DNA of 64,000 nucleotides. It comes from the human T2T-CHM13v2.0 reference genome, Homo sapiens. Every line of letters begins with the position of its first letter. The first letter of the stretch is position 1. Location: the NCBI RefSeq assembly GCF_009914755.1, contig NC_060938.1. One strand, 5' to 3'. Shown here piece after piece: positions 42,286 through 57,085 of this stretch. A program made the position numbers and the translations under genes. The notes beneath the pieces are model-generated. The model saw only the letters and a program-made list of their open reading frames with translations. It did no database searches and was not told where the DNA came from.

Positions 42286-43266
42286 TACATAACACACATA
42301 TTTATCATCATACACAGAGAGAGAGAGAGCGAGCACAACTACTATTGTTCAGGCACTGTGCTGGCCAGGCATTTTATCAATATTGCTTTTATCTGTGTGT
42401 TTCTTATATATCCAGTAGCAATCATTTCACCCTAGTGGATCAGGAAAAAGAACTGAAATTTCTACATAAGCAAGTAGTAAATATAAAATTGGGAATTTTG
42501 TTCCCTAGTCCCAGCATCTCCCGATAGACCACCCTACCTTGAGAGACACGTGTCTTAAACATCTCACCTGGCAAAAGCACCTGAGGTGATATCTCATAAC
42601 AGAGAACCCACACAGCCATTTTTACCCTTTCTTCCAGTTAAAGTGAACATTTCCTGTGACTGGAAATCAGTTAGCTATGGATGAAAGAATGGCACAAACC
42701 AACAAAAGCACGTTCTGAGTATCAGTTAGTTTGTATGGCTTGTGACAAGAATCTAAGAGAGAGTTTAGTTCTCATTCCCAGCTTTGTGATAAGATGCCCT
42801 TGGTGGCCATCTGGCTACAGGCAATAATGCCTGCAATTGTGAGCTGGAGCCAGCTCCTACAAGCTCATGAGAGACAGCTGTTAAATCTCAGGATGTTTTG
42901 AGGATGTTGTTAAACACAGCCACTGTTAAAAATTACATTATGTAAATGTTCATTACATTCTAAAGAAAGGTAGTAAATACTCAGTTAATCATTTCTTAAT
43001 TATTTTACTGCATTTTGCTATTACCTATGTTCTTGAAGTTACTCACATCGATTCTGTCTGTATGGTGGACATACTACATAGTGATGGGTTACTGTAGCTC
43101 TCTTCCCAGCTCCACTCTCCGTGGCGTCACACTGGAAGCTGAAATGGGGCCATGTTTGGAGTATTTATACCACAGAAACTGGCAAATGCCACAAATCAGA
43201 GTTAGATTTATTGTTTTGTTGGTTATGTAGTCTTAAGAAAGTAACAGGTAGATATTAATAAGGTAG

Positions 43267-43631
<365 letters not shown>

Positions 43632-43712
43632 CAAGATATTTATTAATTAGAAAAGGACAAACAGTAACTTTACAGTTCAGCGTTCTGGCAGATACCACCT
43701 TAACAAAGAGAT

Positions 43713-44061
43713 TGTCTTGGTCCATTCTGTGCTGCTATAACAAAATACCTGAGACTGGGTAATTTATAATGAACACAAATTTATTGGCTCATGATTCTGG
43801 AAGCTGGTAAGTCCAATGCGCCAGCATCTGGTGAGGGTTTTCTTCCTGCATCTTCTCATGGCAGAAGGGCAAAGAGGGTGAGGGAGAGCAAAAGAGTAAA
43901 CTAGTGGCCTCAAGCCCTTTCATAATAGGCATTAATCTGTTTATAATGGTAGAGCCTTCATGACCTCACCTCCTTCTTTTAGGCCCTACCTCCCAACACT
44001 GTTGCATTGGAGATTAAGTTTCCAACACATGCTTGTTAGGGGACACATTTAAATCCTAGCA
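43713..44061 (-). mobile_element. MST (MSTB/C-like) MaLR solo LTR
   Basis: TGTCTTGGTCCATTCTGTGCTGCTATAACAAAATACCTGAGACTGGGTAATTTATAA..GGGGACACATTTAAATCCTAGCA; 5-bp TSD GAGAT/GTGAT. Confidence 0.9.
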
Positions 44062-44930
44062 GTGATTAAGGTTATCACCAGTAATAAGATATATCAACAT
44101 CATGTACCCCTTGATAATGATGTGCTTAGAAAGGCACATTACTTCTGAAATATTCTTGCATAAAATGAATAACTTTAACATAATCACGAGAAAATGTCAA
44201 ACAAGCCAAAATTGAGGGATAAGCAACAAGATAACTGACCATTATTTTCAAAAGTATCAAGGTCCTGAAAGACTAGGACATATTGAGGTATTATTATCAC
44301 AGCCACAAGGAGAAATGACAACTAAATGCAATTTGGGACCCTGATAATCTGAATAAAGTCTGCAATTTGGTTAATAGTACGGTGCCAATGTTTATTAGTT
44401 TTGATCATTATCACTTAACTGTGGGTCTAACATACTTCAAAAGAAAAATGTGTTGTATCTACAGCCATTACATAATGAATAGCACAAAAAATTGAGGAAA
44501 TATTCTTCCCGTACTCAACAACTATTATCAAGTTCAGTTTGACAAAAAATTTTCTCATGTTATTGTGGAACAGGTGAAGTTCTTTCATGGTCTTTGCTGT
44601 TTTACTTTTGCTTTACTCATTAACATAAATGAAAATGCCAATCAATATTCATATCAGAAATACATTCATTTGTCAATTGCAGCCATAAGTTGGCTATGGA
44701 TATGAGACTGGCAAAAATCAACAAAAGCACTCTCTGAGTATCAGTTAATTTTTATTGCTTGTATTAGCATTTGTATATGTGCTATCCATCTATTATATCA
44801 GTAAAATTTATAATAAACATATACTTCTTTTCCAGGGAGTCAGTTGTTAAACATTTACCACCACATCGCTGAATATCTGTCAAAATTATTCATCTTTTCT
44901 TCTCTGGGGCTTTTTAAAAGAAATTATTGG

Positions 44931-45230
<300 letters not shown>

Positions 45231-46490
45231 AGAAATTATTAAATATGCATTTTTCATATTCTGGGATTGTGTCTAGGAATCATCTTGTGATTTTGCTGAC
45301 AACAATTATATTCATTCAGATTGAAGAGAAAATGAATAAAATATATTGTGCCCACCCCAGGGTCCATGATACCTCACTGATCACCTGCTACTGATTATAT
45401 TAGCAGTCATATGTCTTTGAGCCAATTTTCCACCCAGGTGGAAGTGTTAACACAAAACATGACTTAAATTAGTAAAAATTTTGTTTTGTGTGCTTATTTC
45501 ATAATTTCCTGAGTCTGAAGACGTCCTTCCTATATAAACAACCACCTACATTGACTGAAACTCTTGAGGACAGAGTTTGTACTTAGTTCTGTCATTATTT
45601 TCAGAATCATTTTTCTCTTTTTGCATTACAAGCTTCAGATCTGGCCCACAAACTGACCTTCTCAACAGTAATAGTAGTAAGGAGACAGAGCTCAGTCCTA
45701 AGTTATCCTAAAGCTCATTCAACCCCATTTTGTAAATCTTTGTCAACCCAGTGCTCAGCACATGGCCTGGCACTTAGTGGAATGTCAGTGAATGTTGTCA
45801 ATGTCATCCAGCCCTTTGAGGGCTGCAATACTGCTATTAGCTCACTCTGAATAATGTATCTTTAGAACAGTCCAGAAAATGTTATGTCCTACAACCAATA
45901 ATGGTCTCTGCCTCCTCCATGTCTTGCCAAGTGCTTAGGTCACATACCTTTTGCAGCTCTCTTGATTTTACCTAAGTGTAGCCCAATGACAAAGAGAGGA
46001 CCATTCAGAGGAATTACAATGCCAGATGAACAAAGCCAAGACCTACTTAGGTTTTTGCTGGGCTTCGAGGAGTCTGGGTTTTTTTCTGGGGTGGGGCAGG
46101 CTGATGGTAGGGAACTGCTCTGCTAGAGAGGCTTTGGCAATTACTCAGAGATGTTTACAAGGATTTATTTCTTAGAGTGGTTTGATTTCCAGAAAAATTG
46201 CCTTTAAAAAAAGCTGGATAAAACAGGTTCCACATTACACTTGTATGAGTTGTCCTGAATGGCATAAATTATTTTTCCTGAGGCTATTAGCTCAGAGTCT
46301 GAGCAACACACTGGTGTTTTTACAGGAGTCTAATGCATAGAGATTACGGCTGACTCTCCATTTTATATAATTCCTGACCTAGTACTGAGTCTCACCAAAT
46401 GTTGATGATCTTCAACTCATTCAGCAACTGGGAAATAATCACATTCAGACATTTCTACCAGGCTTGTCATAGCTACTAATGCCATCCTTT

Positions 46491-46565
46491 AAAAAGGAAA
46501 TACCTTCTGAACCCTATCAATAAATGTAAAAAAGAAATACCCTTCTGAACCCTATCAATAAATGT
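46491..46565. repeat. 37/38-bp tandem duplication, each unit containing AATAAA
   Basis: AAAAAG(G)AAATAC(C)CTTCTGAACCCTATCAATAAATGT x2. Confidence 0.92.
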
Positions 46566-47564
46566 CGTGGTCTCAAGATGACATTGCCAGGCCCTTAGAC
46601 CCAGGTTTCCTGTTTCCTCCTAGGATGCCACCCCTGTTCCACTTTCAGAGAGCGTCTCTGGGTCTTGGCTGAGGTTGTGCCTAGTGAGTTCTTGTCACTG
46701 CACACTGACAATAACTCCCCTCACTTGCAGTTTTCCTGGTGGGCTACTTTCTTCAATGTGGATCCTTTTATCTCTTTCAATTATAGTAAGACCAATAGGA
46801 AGAAAGTCTTTTGGGGAACAGCAGAATTGCAGCTTCTAGGTGGGTGGGGAAAGGACCTAATTCACAGCCTTGGGTTGACTGGTTGTTGCATGTGCCTGGG
46901 CAGCTCTGCCAGTGCCTTGCACAACCAAGGAGTCAAGTCTATGGAGGGTGGGGGTACACAGGGAACTCACCCTGCTCCTGTCTGCCTGTAGGGACAGCCA
47001 TCCACATAGTTCAAACGGCTGTAGATCTCAATTCATTCTAAAGTCTACTAACTGGTTATGTTTTCTCGAACCACATGCTTAAACCAACTTCTTCCACATA
47101 AGCAGCTTTTACCCATATAATATCACTATTACAGGGAGGAAAGATTTTGTCACTCTACCCATGGTAATGTGTGATGTAGTCACCAGTCCTCAAAGCTTAA
47201 TTACAACAGTGCTGCATGATTGGAGATTGAGTTGTTTCTTATGATGGTTGATTTTTTTATTGGACAAGGGCTTAGAGCCTAGCTATAGGAAGTTGTTTCT
47301 TTTGGATACAATCCTAGAAGTTTTCCTTTTAAAACATTCTTTCTACCTTTCCTATTTTCAATACCTATCAGGTCTATGTAAATATCACCGTCTCTCTCTT
47401 CTTTGCCCAGACAGCTGTCACACTATTTAGCTTTTCCTTCTATAACATTCTACTTAAAGAGGTTGCCAGTGTCACTTTCCCTCCTCTAAAACTGGGGATT
47501 AAAATTCCCAGCCTTCCAGAACAGGTAAATAATTGCTTTGTCATGAGAAAAATCAATATCTGCT

Positions 47565-47640
47565 ACCACAGGAAGTCGGGCAGGAAGCAGTTGGACAAAG
47601 GCCTGCACTTCAGCTGTGCAGCAGAGTCATTTGTGTGACC
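47565..47640. promoter_or_regulatory. Candidate enhancer motif cluster (RUNX + 2x ETS + E-boxes)
   Basis: ACCACAGGAAGT (overlapping RUNX/ETS), CAGGAAGC, CAGTTG, CAGCTG within ~60 bp of unique sequence; motif-level evidence only. Confidence 0.3.
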
Positions 47641-48883
47641 CCAAAGGTTATGCTTTCCTGCTTGTTTTACAAAAAGCTGATGAGCCAGGCAGAGGAACCA
47701 GAGTCCAGATAGGACTAGAAGTATGTGCCAGGTACTCTCCAGTGGAGAACGCAGGGCCCCGGGGCAGCCGCTCAATTAGATGTATTGTTGACCCAAGGTG
47801 AGATTCAAGAGGAGATAAAGACTTTCAGGGAAAGGGAAGAGCAGTGAGCAGTTCACCCACATTCCCCACCAAAAGTGAACTACTCAGATATTTTGCAGTT
47901 TTCTCTTCTAATGCTCAGGGAGCTACAAGGACATTTTGAGCCTATTCAGTCATCTTTTGATTGAAATCAGGGAAACTCAGTACTCTCATGGCTTCCAGGG
48001 TCCTCAAACCTTTCTAGCCCCACTTAAAAAAAATAGCTTATTGAAATATAATTTACACACATAAAATTTGTCCCTTTAAAGTATATAATACAGTGGTTTT
48101 TAAAATATATTCACAGTACGTACAACCATCACACAATCAATTTTAGAACACTTTTACCACCTCAAAAAGAAACCCTATACTGTTTACCAATCATAATCCT
48201 ATTCTCCCCTCACCCCATCCCTAAACAACCAATAATCTATTTTCTGCTCTATAGATTTGCCTATTCTGGACATTTCTACTTTCTATCTCCACAGATTTGC
48301 CTATTATGGACATGGAATATGTATAGTCTTTTGAGACTGGCTTCTTTCACTTGGCAAAATATTTTCAAGGATTATCCATGTTGTGGCATATATTAGCACT
48401 GTGTTCCTTTTTATGGCCAAATAATATTCCACGATGTGGATATACCACATTTTGTTGATCCATTCACCAGGTGATGCACATTTGGGTTGTTTCCATTGTT
48501 TGGTTACTATGAGTAACGTTGCTATAAACATTCATGCACATATCTTTGTGTGGATACATGTTTTTAATTCTCTTGGAGTGAAATTGCTGGGTTATATGTT
48601 TTGAAACACTGACAAACTTTCCCAAAGTGGCTGCTCCACCTAACAATCCCACCAGCAAGGTATGAGGGTTCCAATTTATCCACATCCTTGTCTACACTTA
48701 TTATTGTCTGATTTTTTTATTTTAAGCTTTCCTGGTGGATATGAAGTGGGTCTGATTTGTGTTTCTTTTGTGAATAATGATGTTGATCATCTTATCATGT
48801 GTTTATTGACCTTATCATTAAACACATCTTGTCATCTGTTTATTCTCCTATGGTAAAATGTCTATGCAAATCCTTGCCCATAT

Positions 48884-49603
<720 letters not shown>

Positions 49604-49709
49604 CTAGTTATGATCATTCATAAACCAGCTGAGCAGTTTTAGGGAGAACACTTTACATGGTGGAGTGATATGGATAATGGAGTTTGTTTAATATGTTTGG
49701 GTGGATTTC

Positions 49710-51070
49710 TTTTAAATAGGCTTTTTAAAAAGCAGCTTTAGGTTCACAGGAAAATAGGAAGGTACAGAGATATCCTGACTACCCCCTGCCCCCCACACAC
49801 AGTCTCCCCAACTATCAACATTCCCCACCAGAGTGGTACATTGGTTAAGACTGATAAATCTACACAGATACATTATCATCAAAGTCCATAGTGTATATTA
49901 GAGTTCGCTCTTTATGTTGTATATTTTATGGGTTTTGACAAATGTACAATGATGTGTATCCACCATTGTAGTATCATACAGAATAGTTTTACTTTCCTCA
50001 AAACCCTTTAGTGCTTTTCCTATTCTTCCTTTCTCTCAGACATTGATCTCTCTGTACTTTTGCATTTTACAGAGTGCCATCTAGTTGTAATCATACAGCA
50101 TGTAACCTTTCCAGAATGGCTTCCCTCCCTTAGTAATATACATTGAAGTTTCCTCCGTGTCTTTTCATGGTTCAATAGCTCATTTGCTTTTAGTGCAGAG
50201 TATTTCATTGTATTGGACGGACCACAGTTTTTATTTATCCATTCACGTACTGAAGGCTACCTCGGCTGCTTCTAAGTTTTGGCAGTTATGAATAAAGCTG
50301 CATAAACATCTATGTGCAGAATTTTATGTAGACTTAAGTTTTCATTTCATTTGGGTCAATCCCGTGGAGTGTGATTTCTGGATCATATGATAAGAGTGTT
50401 GTAAGTTAGTTTTGTAAGAAACAGCCAAACTGTCTTCCAAAGTGGCTATCCTATTTTGCATTCTCTGTAGCAATGAATGAGAGTTCCTGTTGCTCCACAA
50501 CCTCACCAGCATTTGGTTTTGTGTTTTGGATTTTGGCCATTGTAATATGTGTGTAATAGTACCTCACTGTTGTTTAAATTTGCAATTCCCTAATAACGTA
50601 GGATTTTGAACATCTTTTCATATGCTCACTTGTCATCTATCTGTACATCTTCTTTGGTGTGGTGTCTCTTCATCTGCTCATTTTTTCACTTGGGATGTTC
50701 GTTTTTTATTGCTGACTTTTAAGATTTCCTTATGTATTTTGAATAACAGTTCTTTATCAGATATGTCTTTTGCAAATATTTTCTCCCAGTCTGTGGCTTG
50801 TCTTTTTGTTCTCTTGACAGTATCTTTCACAGAGCAGAAGTTTTAATTTTAATGAAGTCTAGCTTATCAATTATTTCTTTCCTGGACCATGGCTTTGATC
50901 TTATATCTAAAAAGTCATCACTGCACCCAAGGTCATCTAGATTTTCTCTTGTGTTTTCTTCCAGGAGTTTTATATTTTTGCATTTTACTTTCAGATTTAT
51001 GATCCATCTCGAGTTAATTTTTGTGAAAGGTACAAAGTCTGTGTCTAGATTCATATTTTTGTATGTGTTA
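49710..51070 (-). mobile_element. L1MC1-like 3' fragment
   Basis: GCAGCTTTAGGTTCACAG..GGAAGGTACAGAGAT..CCCCACCAGAGTGGTACATT; ORF2 peptide 50827-51081 (PFTKINSRWI..IKLLEEN..IDKLDFIKIK). Confidence 0.85.
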
Positions 51071-51924
51071 ACTCTGTACATTTTAAAATTGGGTTGTCTT
51101 TTTTATTGTTGAGTTTTAAGAATATATATTGTAGTTATAAGTCCCTCACTTGACTTATCTATGATATGAGAATATTTTGTCCCATTCTGTGGGTTTTTTA
51201 CTTTTTCGGTGGTGTACTTTGAAGCACAAAAGTTTTTAATTTTAATGAAGTTCCATTTATCAATTCTTTTCCTTTGTCACATGTGAATTTGGTGTCATAG
51301 CTAAGAAATCATTGCCTAATCCAAGAACAGGAAGATTTACTCCTGTTTTCTTCTGAAAGCTTTATAGTTTTAATGCTTGTATTTAGGTCAATTATATGTT
51401 TTGAATTAATCTTTGTATTTGGTGTGAGATATTGGTGTAACATCATTCTTTTGAATATTGATATTCAGTTGTTCTGGCGCAATTTATTATAAAACTATTC
51501 TTTCCCCATAATTTTCCTGGCACCCTTGCCAAAAATCAACTAGCCACCTAAGATAATAGGGTTTATTTCTAGACTCTCAGTGCTACCCCATTGATCTGCG
51601 TGTCTATCTTCACAGCAGTACCACAATGTCTTGATTACTACAGCTTTGTGGTAAGGTTTGAAATTGGGAAATATGTCCTCTGCTTTTTCATTTTAGGATC
51701 ATCTTGTCTATTTTAGGATTATCTTGTCTATTTCTACAAAGGAATAATCTGGGATATTGATGGGGATTGTGTTGAATCTGTAGATCAATTTGGGGAGTTT
51801 TGCGTTCTTGGATGGTTCATTGCTAGCATCTAGAAATACAATGGACTTTTATATATTGATCTTGTATGGCAAAACCTGGTTGGACTCAGGTATTGGTTTT
51901 AATGGGCTTTTTCTATTTTTGATG

Positions 51925-52350
51925 GGTCCTGCTTCCACTTTGCACTACTCTCCTCATTTCTGAATTCCACCGTTTTTGACCTTTTTTCAATTTCTCTAAC
52001 ACACTAAGCTCCCCCTTGTCACAGGGCCTTTGCACATGCTGTTTTCTGTCTGGATGTCACCCTTCTGAATTCTTCCACCTAGTTAACTATTTTTCACCTC
52101 TCCCTCCCTGAGCTGCCCCCACCTCAGTCCATGTCTGTCCCTTTTGGGAAGCCATCATAGTACTGTGTTTCTTCTCAACATTTACCTTAGCTTATGAGCT
52201 CATTTGTGTTATATTTTGACCAATGTCTATTTCCCCAGCAGACAGTAAGCCTCTGTTTTTCTCATTATTATATTTTTCAACATCTACATAGTGCCTGACA
52301 CATAGTGGATGCTTAACAAGCATTTTTTGAAAGAAAAAAATGAATACATA
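51925..52350 (+). mobile_element. L2 3' relic
   Basis: CAGGGCCTTTGCACATGCTGTT..; AGTGCCTGACACATAGTGGATGCTTAACAA..ATGAAT. Confidence 0.8.
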
Positions 52351-54831
52351 GATAGCATTGGGAACATGCACCTATCACAAAGAACTTTGGGCAGGTTGGT
52401 AGGGGGAGCAAATTTAAAGTTGGGCATACCATCTATGTAACCAATTCTGGCTTCCTTCTGGGCAATTACATTCCAGAATGGAATGTGATTGTCTGGGAGA
52501 GCAGAGGCATTGAGTATGTAGCCAGTAACGTGGTTCCCCCAACCCCCACCTTTCTCTCTCTACTAAAGTTTCTTGCCTTGTGGTGGGAAACCCAGAAAGA
52601 AAAATCCAGCCATCTGAGTCATTTGCAGATGACTTCTTTGTCTGCTTCTTACCTTTCCTGAGGTACAGCTGACTTATGAGGGTGGGGGGAGTAGAGGAAG
52701 GTGGGGAGTTGAAAAGATTCATTTACTTTCCTTACCAAATTAGTTCACTCTAACAAAAATAGGGAAATCCCCAACCAGCTGTTCCAGTGACTAGCAAGAA
52801 AAATATTCTCTTGGAACACTCCAACAAAAGGCACACTTTGTGTGCTGGCTGTCTTAAAAAGAATGCTTTAGAGCCTTCCAACTATTGCCCACCCTGAATG
52901 CTTTATAAATATCAGTGGCAATAGTTAGAACGTGTTTTTTTTCTTAATTGAAATTCTAGTGCTTTGGTGATGGCATAGATCCCCAGAATCAGGAGAAACA
53001 TTGAGGGTGATAGGGAACCAAGAGAAGACTAGCTCAGGGGCCAAAAAAATGGAGCCAAGATATGGTGGGGCTGCCACTTGTTGGTGTGTGACAAACTTTC
53101 TGCCCTATTCTTGGAATCCATGTTCCAGTTGTCAGGCCGGACAGAAGGAAAATGTTTGCATACAGAGAAAGAAGGTTGGGAAGTAGATATTTTTCACTTT
53201 GATGTATATTTTAGATGTTCCTTATGCATCTGAAATGGGGTTTTGCTTCAGGTGTTTTGAGACCTTTTACCCGTGGTGAAATATTGTATTGTGAAACTGC
53301 GACACCATCATGATAGGGGCCGTGCTGTTTTGTCTTTGGGTCTTCATTGGCTACCACAATGCCTGGCTTAGAGTAGAGGCTCAATGAAAATTGGACAGAA
53401 TGTCTTAAATAAGATGATTCATGGCAAACTTGCTTTGCAAAGTAGATTTTACAGCCCTGTGAAGTAAGCTCACTTCCTGTGTTTTTTATTTTGTCCTGAG
53501 GCTCATCCTTTTTATCTTCTGTGCCACAAGATACAAATATTTATAGTACTTAATTTTTAGTTGGAGTAGATAATTTATTATAAATAAATTCCATGAGCAA
53601 ATAAATGAAATAATTGTTTTGCTGTCAATAAAATTTAAAGGAAAATGATTCAAAAGTGAAAAATATAGCTTACTAGTCATGGTTTTTCAATGCTTTGTCA
53701 TAGGAAATTTTAAAATACTAGGAATTCATATTGAAACAAGAATGGAAAAGGAAGTTTATGAAAGCACAATACTCAAATCCATTTACTTTTTTAGACTAAT
53801 ATATTAAGGTAAACACCATGCAAGAAGTACCCTCTCTTAACTTTCCTCCTATTTCAGAATACTTCTCTATTAAAAGAACAAAATTACAACTTGAGTCCCT
53901 TCTTCTGAACTCTGCAATTTCCCTATCAGTTATGTTGATGTGGGGTGTCTTAGAGCAGAGGTTTCTGAGTACTCATAGGCAAGTTTCCAGTTGCTTCCTA
54001 ACAATATTGCCTGGGACAAAATAGAGACAGAATTCTAAGTTGGGATGACTTTACTTGAGTTAAAAAATTTGCAAATTGTTACAACCTAAATGGGTCTAGA
54101 TCATTGAACTTGGGTTTTCTTAGATTTCCTCTATTCTCAAAGCTTTGCTTATCATGTACATGCTATTTTGGTTCCATAAATATTCACTGAGCATTGACTG
54201 AAGTACTCATCTAGATTCTGGGAAAAGGGCAATGAATAACACACAAAACTCCTCTTCTCATGGAGTTTATATCCTGGTAGAGCTTATTATTTTCCCTATA
54301 GTAAAATGAAATAAAAACAGTATAAATCTCACAGCGCTCCTCTTAGGATTCAATGGCGGGGTAGGGTAAGGAGGTGGAAGACAAAAACTGAGAGACAAAA
54401 CATCTGCTGGCTTTTCAAGGATCTTGGCTGTGTACGGATGTAAGAAAAGGTTAAGGGAGACCCATTGTTAGGATGCAGACATGTAGGCATGGTTTTTAGG
54501 TGGAAGGGAGGAAGCACTAGAAACAAAAATTGCTGAAAACATGAGAGAGAAGAAAAGAATGAGGTCAAGAGTATAGGAGAGATTAACCTTGATCAGGGAA
54601 CAGAATTGTGACTCCAGATGTCACAGGAAGAGTTCTGAGTGGAGAGACTGAAGGTGTTTTTATGTAACTAGGCCCTGGAGTTGTGTCATTTAAAGTTGTG
54701 AATGGTTTCCCATATTAAGAGGTAGGAACTTTGAAGGTTAATGTGTGATGTCCCTGAGGCATTTTCCTGGCTAGATTATATGGTATAAGGTTTTTATCAT
54801 GGAAGTAATTTAAATATCCCTAGAAACAGTA

Positions 54832-54965
54832 CACCAATGTTTCTCAGAGTTTGTTCCCAATACCACCTGCATCACGTTACTGTGGTACTTATTAAAACTA
54901 CACGCTCCTAGGCCCCATACCAGGTGCTTCAAAGTAGGATCTCTGGAAGCTGAACTTTGAAAGTT
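54832..54965. mobile_element. MER5-like fragment
   Basis: CCAATGTTTCTCAGAGT..ACCACCTGCATCA..TTATTAAAA..CTCCTAGGCCCCA. Confidence 0.6.
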
Positions 54966-55960
54966 TCATTTATTATTTTGGTAAAATACACACAACAAAA
55001 TTTCCCATTTTAAAGTATAAATTCAACAATAGTATATTCACAGTGTTGTGCAACCCTAATCACAATCTGCTTTCAAAAACATTTTATCACTCCAAAAGGA
55101 AATCCTATACCCATTAAGCAGTCACTCCTCATTCTCTCCTACCCGCAGTCTGACAACTACCAATCTGCTTTCAGTATCCATGGATTTGCTCATTCTGGAT
55201 ATTTTCTATAAATAGAATCATATAATGTGTGGCCTTGTGTGTCTGGCTTCTTTCACTTATCATAATGTTTTCAAGATTCATCCATTTGTATCATAATCCA
55301 GTGCTTTCTTCCTTTTTATGGCTGAATAATATTCCATAGTATGATATGCCACATTTTCCTTATTCAGTAATTTGGCAATAGACATTTGGGTGTTTCTTTC
55401 TTTTGTCTATTGTGAATAGTGCTTCTATGAACATTTGTGTACAAGTTTCTGTTTTAACACTTGTTTTTCATGAGTATATACCTAGAATTGCTGGGTAACA
55501 TGGTAATTCTATGTTTACCTTATTAAAGAAATGCCAAACTGTTGTATACAGTGGTTGTACCACTTTACGTTTCCACCAGCAGCAATGTGGTTCCAATTTC
55601 TTCGTGTCCTCACCAACACTTATTATACTCCATGTTTAAAATTATAGCCATTCTGAGTGAGTGTGAAGTCGTATATGACTATAGTTTTAACCTGCATTTT
55701 CCTAATGACTAGTGACATTGAGCATCTTTCCATATACTTCTCAGCCATTTGTATATCTTCTTTGGAGAAAATTCTATCCAGGCCCTGTGCACATTTTTTA
55801 ACTGCATTGTTTGACTTTTTGTTGTTGGGATATAGGAGTTCTTTATATAATTTGCAAATATTTTCTCCCATTCTATGAATTGTCTTTTCACTCTGTTGAT
55901 AGTATCCTTTGATGAACAAAAGTTTTTACTTTTGACAAAGTCTAATTTATCTGTTTTTTA
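54966..55960 (-). mobile_element. L1MB-like 3' fragment
   Basis: TTCACAGTGTTGTGCAACC..ATACCCATTAAGCAGTCACTCC..GGATTTGCTCATTCTGGATATTT; ORF2 peptide (FSKEDIQMA..MERCSMSLVIRKMQVKT). Confidence 0.88.
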
Positions 55961-56349
55961 TTGCTTGCAGAAAGGCACCCAAGTTGATTATGATTTTTAT
56001 GACCATGATTATAGCAGTAAAACAACTAATCTTGCACTGACAGTATTACCAAGATCCTATCTGTTGAGGATAGTATATTTCTGATAGCTAGATTTGCTTT
56101 AGGTGTATATATGTAAGAGTATCAAAAATTATGCCCATTCATTTACCTGTGTCTTTTTCAATTAAAAGATACTTTTTATTAGCATAAGTATTTCCCTTTA
56201 ATTTTGATTATAAATAAATTTCATGCCTTATTTAGAAGGGTTAAAGAAAAATAAAAAACAAAACTGCTAAGTAGAAATTGTTTAGCTATCATGACTTACC
56301 TGTTATAGTTTCATTGGTCTAAGCATTTACTTTTATATAATCTGTTTGC

Positions 56350-56600
56350 ATTTCACATTTACTTTGCTCATCAAAAATTTATTGAGCATCTACCACATGC
56401 TTGATAATATGCCAAGCACCAAAGATAGGAAGATAAAAAGACCTGATCTCTGTACTCATGGTTTTCACCATCTTGCAGGACACAAGAACATAGATGCTGA
56501 AAAGATTATACTACACAGGACATTTCTATAGGAGAATGAGACTAAAGTGCTGTGAGATCACAAAAGAAAGAATTGCGAACTGTATTCTTTTGGTGATGGG
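56350..56600 (-). mobile_element. L2 3' relic
   Basis: TCATCAAAAATTTATTGAGCATCTACCA..ATGCCAAGCAC..CTCATGG..AAAGTGCTGTGAGATCACA. Confidence 0.6.
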
Positions 56601-56829
56601 AACTCAAAAGAATTATTTTGGGCAAGGGAGTTCCATGAACTCATTTAATTTTTTTGAAATGTAATTCTGGCAGCAATGTAAGCGTGGACCGAACTAGAAT
56701 AGACCAAAATCAGGCAGTGAAGTCAGTAAGAATGGGTACTTTGGAAATGAATTCGCACCATACTCTTGTTCAGCCCTTAGAATTGTTCTAAAATGTTTTA
56801 GATATTGCTGTGACGTAGGTTTCTTGAAC

Positions 56830-57085
56830 TCTTATTGGGGAAAGTTTCAAACATATAAAAAATTCTTTCATGTACCATCAGCACAGCTTCAACAGTTATC
56901 AAAAACATGCCCAGTCTCATTTCATTGATTGTCTCCCATAGCCCCCTTCCCAGGTATTTTGAAGCAAATCTCAGACATTATATTATTTCATCTGTGAAGA
57001 TTTTTATGTAACTCCAACAGATAAGAACGCTTAAAAAATATCTCAATAATATTATCCTACCTAAATAAAGTTAATAATACTTTAT
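56830..57085 (-). mobile_element. L1MC4/5-like 3' end
   Basis: AAAGTTTCAAACATATA..CAGCTTCAACAGTTATCAA..TATTTTGAAGCAAATCTCAGACATTATATTATTTCATCTG. Confidence 0.7.

Noticed and set aside
51691-51733. 20-bp tandem duplication TTTTAGGAT(C/T)ATCTTGTCTA, and a similar ~40-bp one at 48236-48313
   Set aside because: Ordinary slippage duplications inside decayed L1 sequence.
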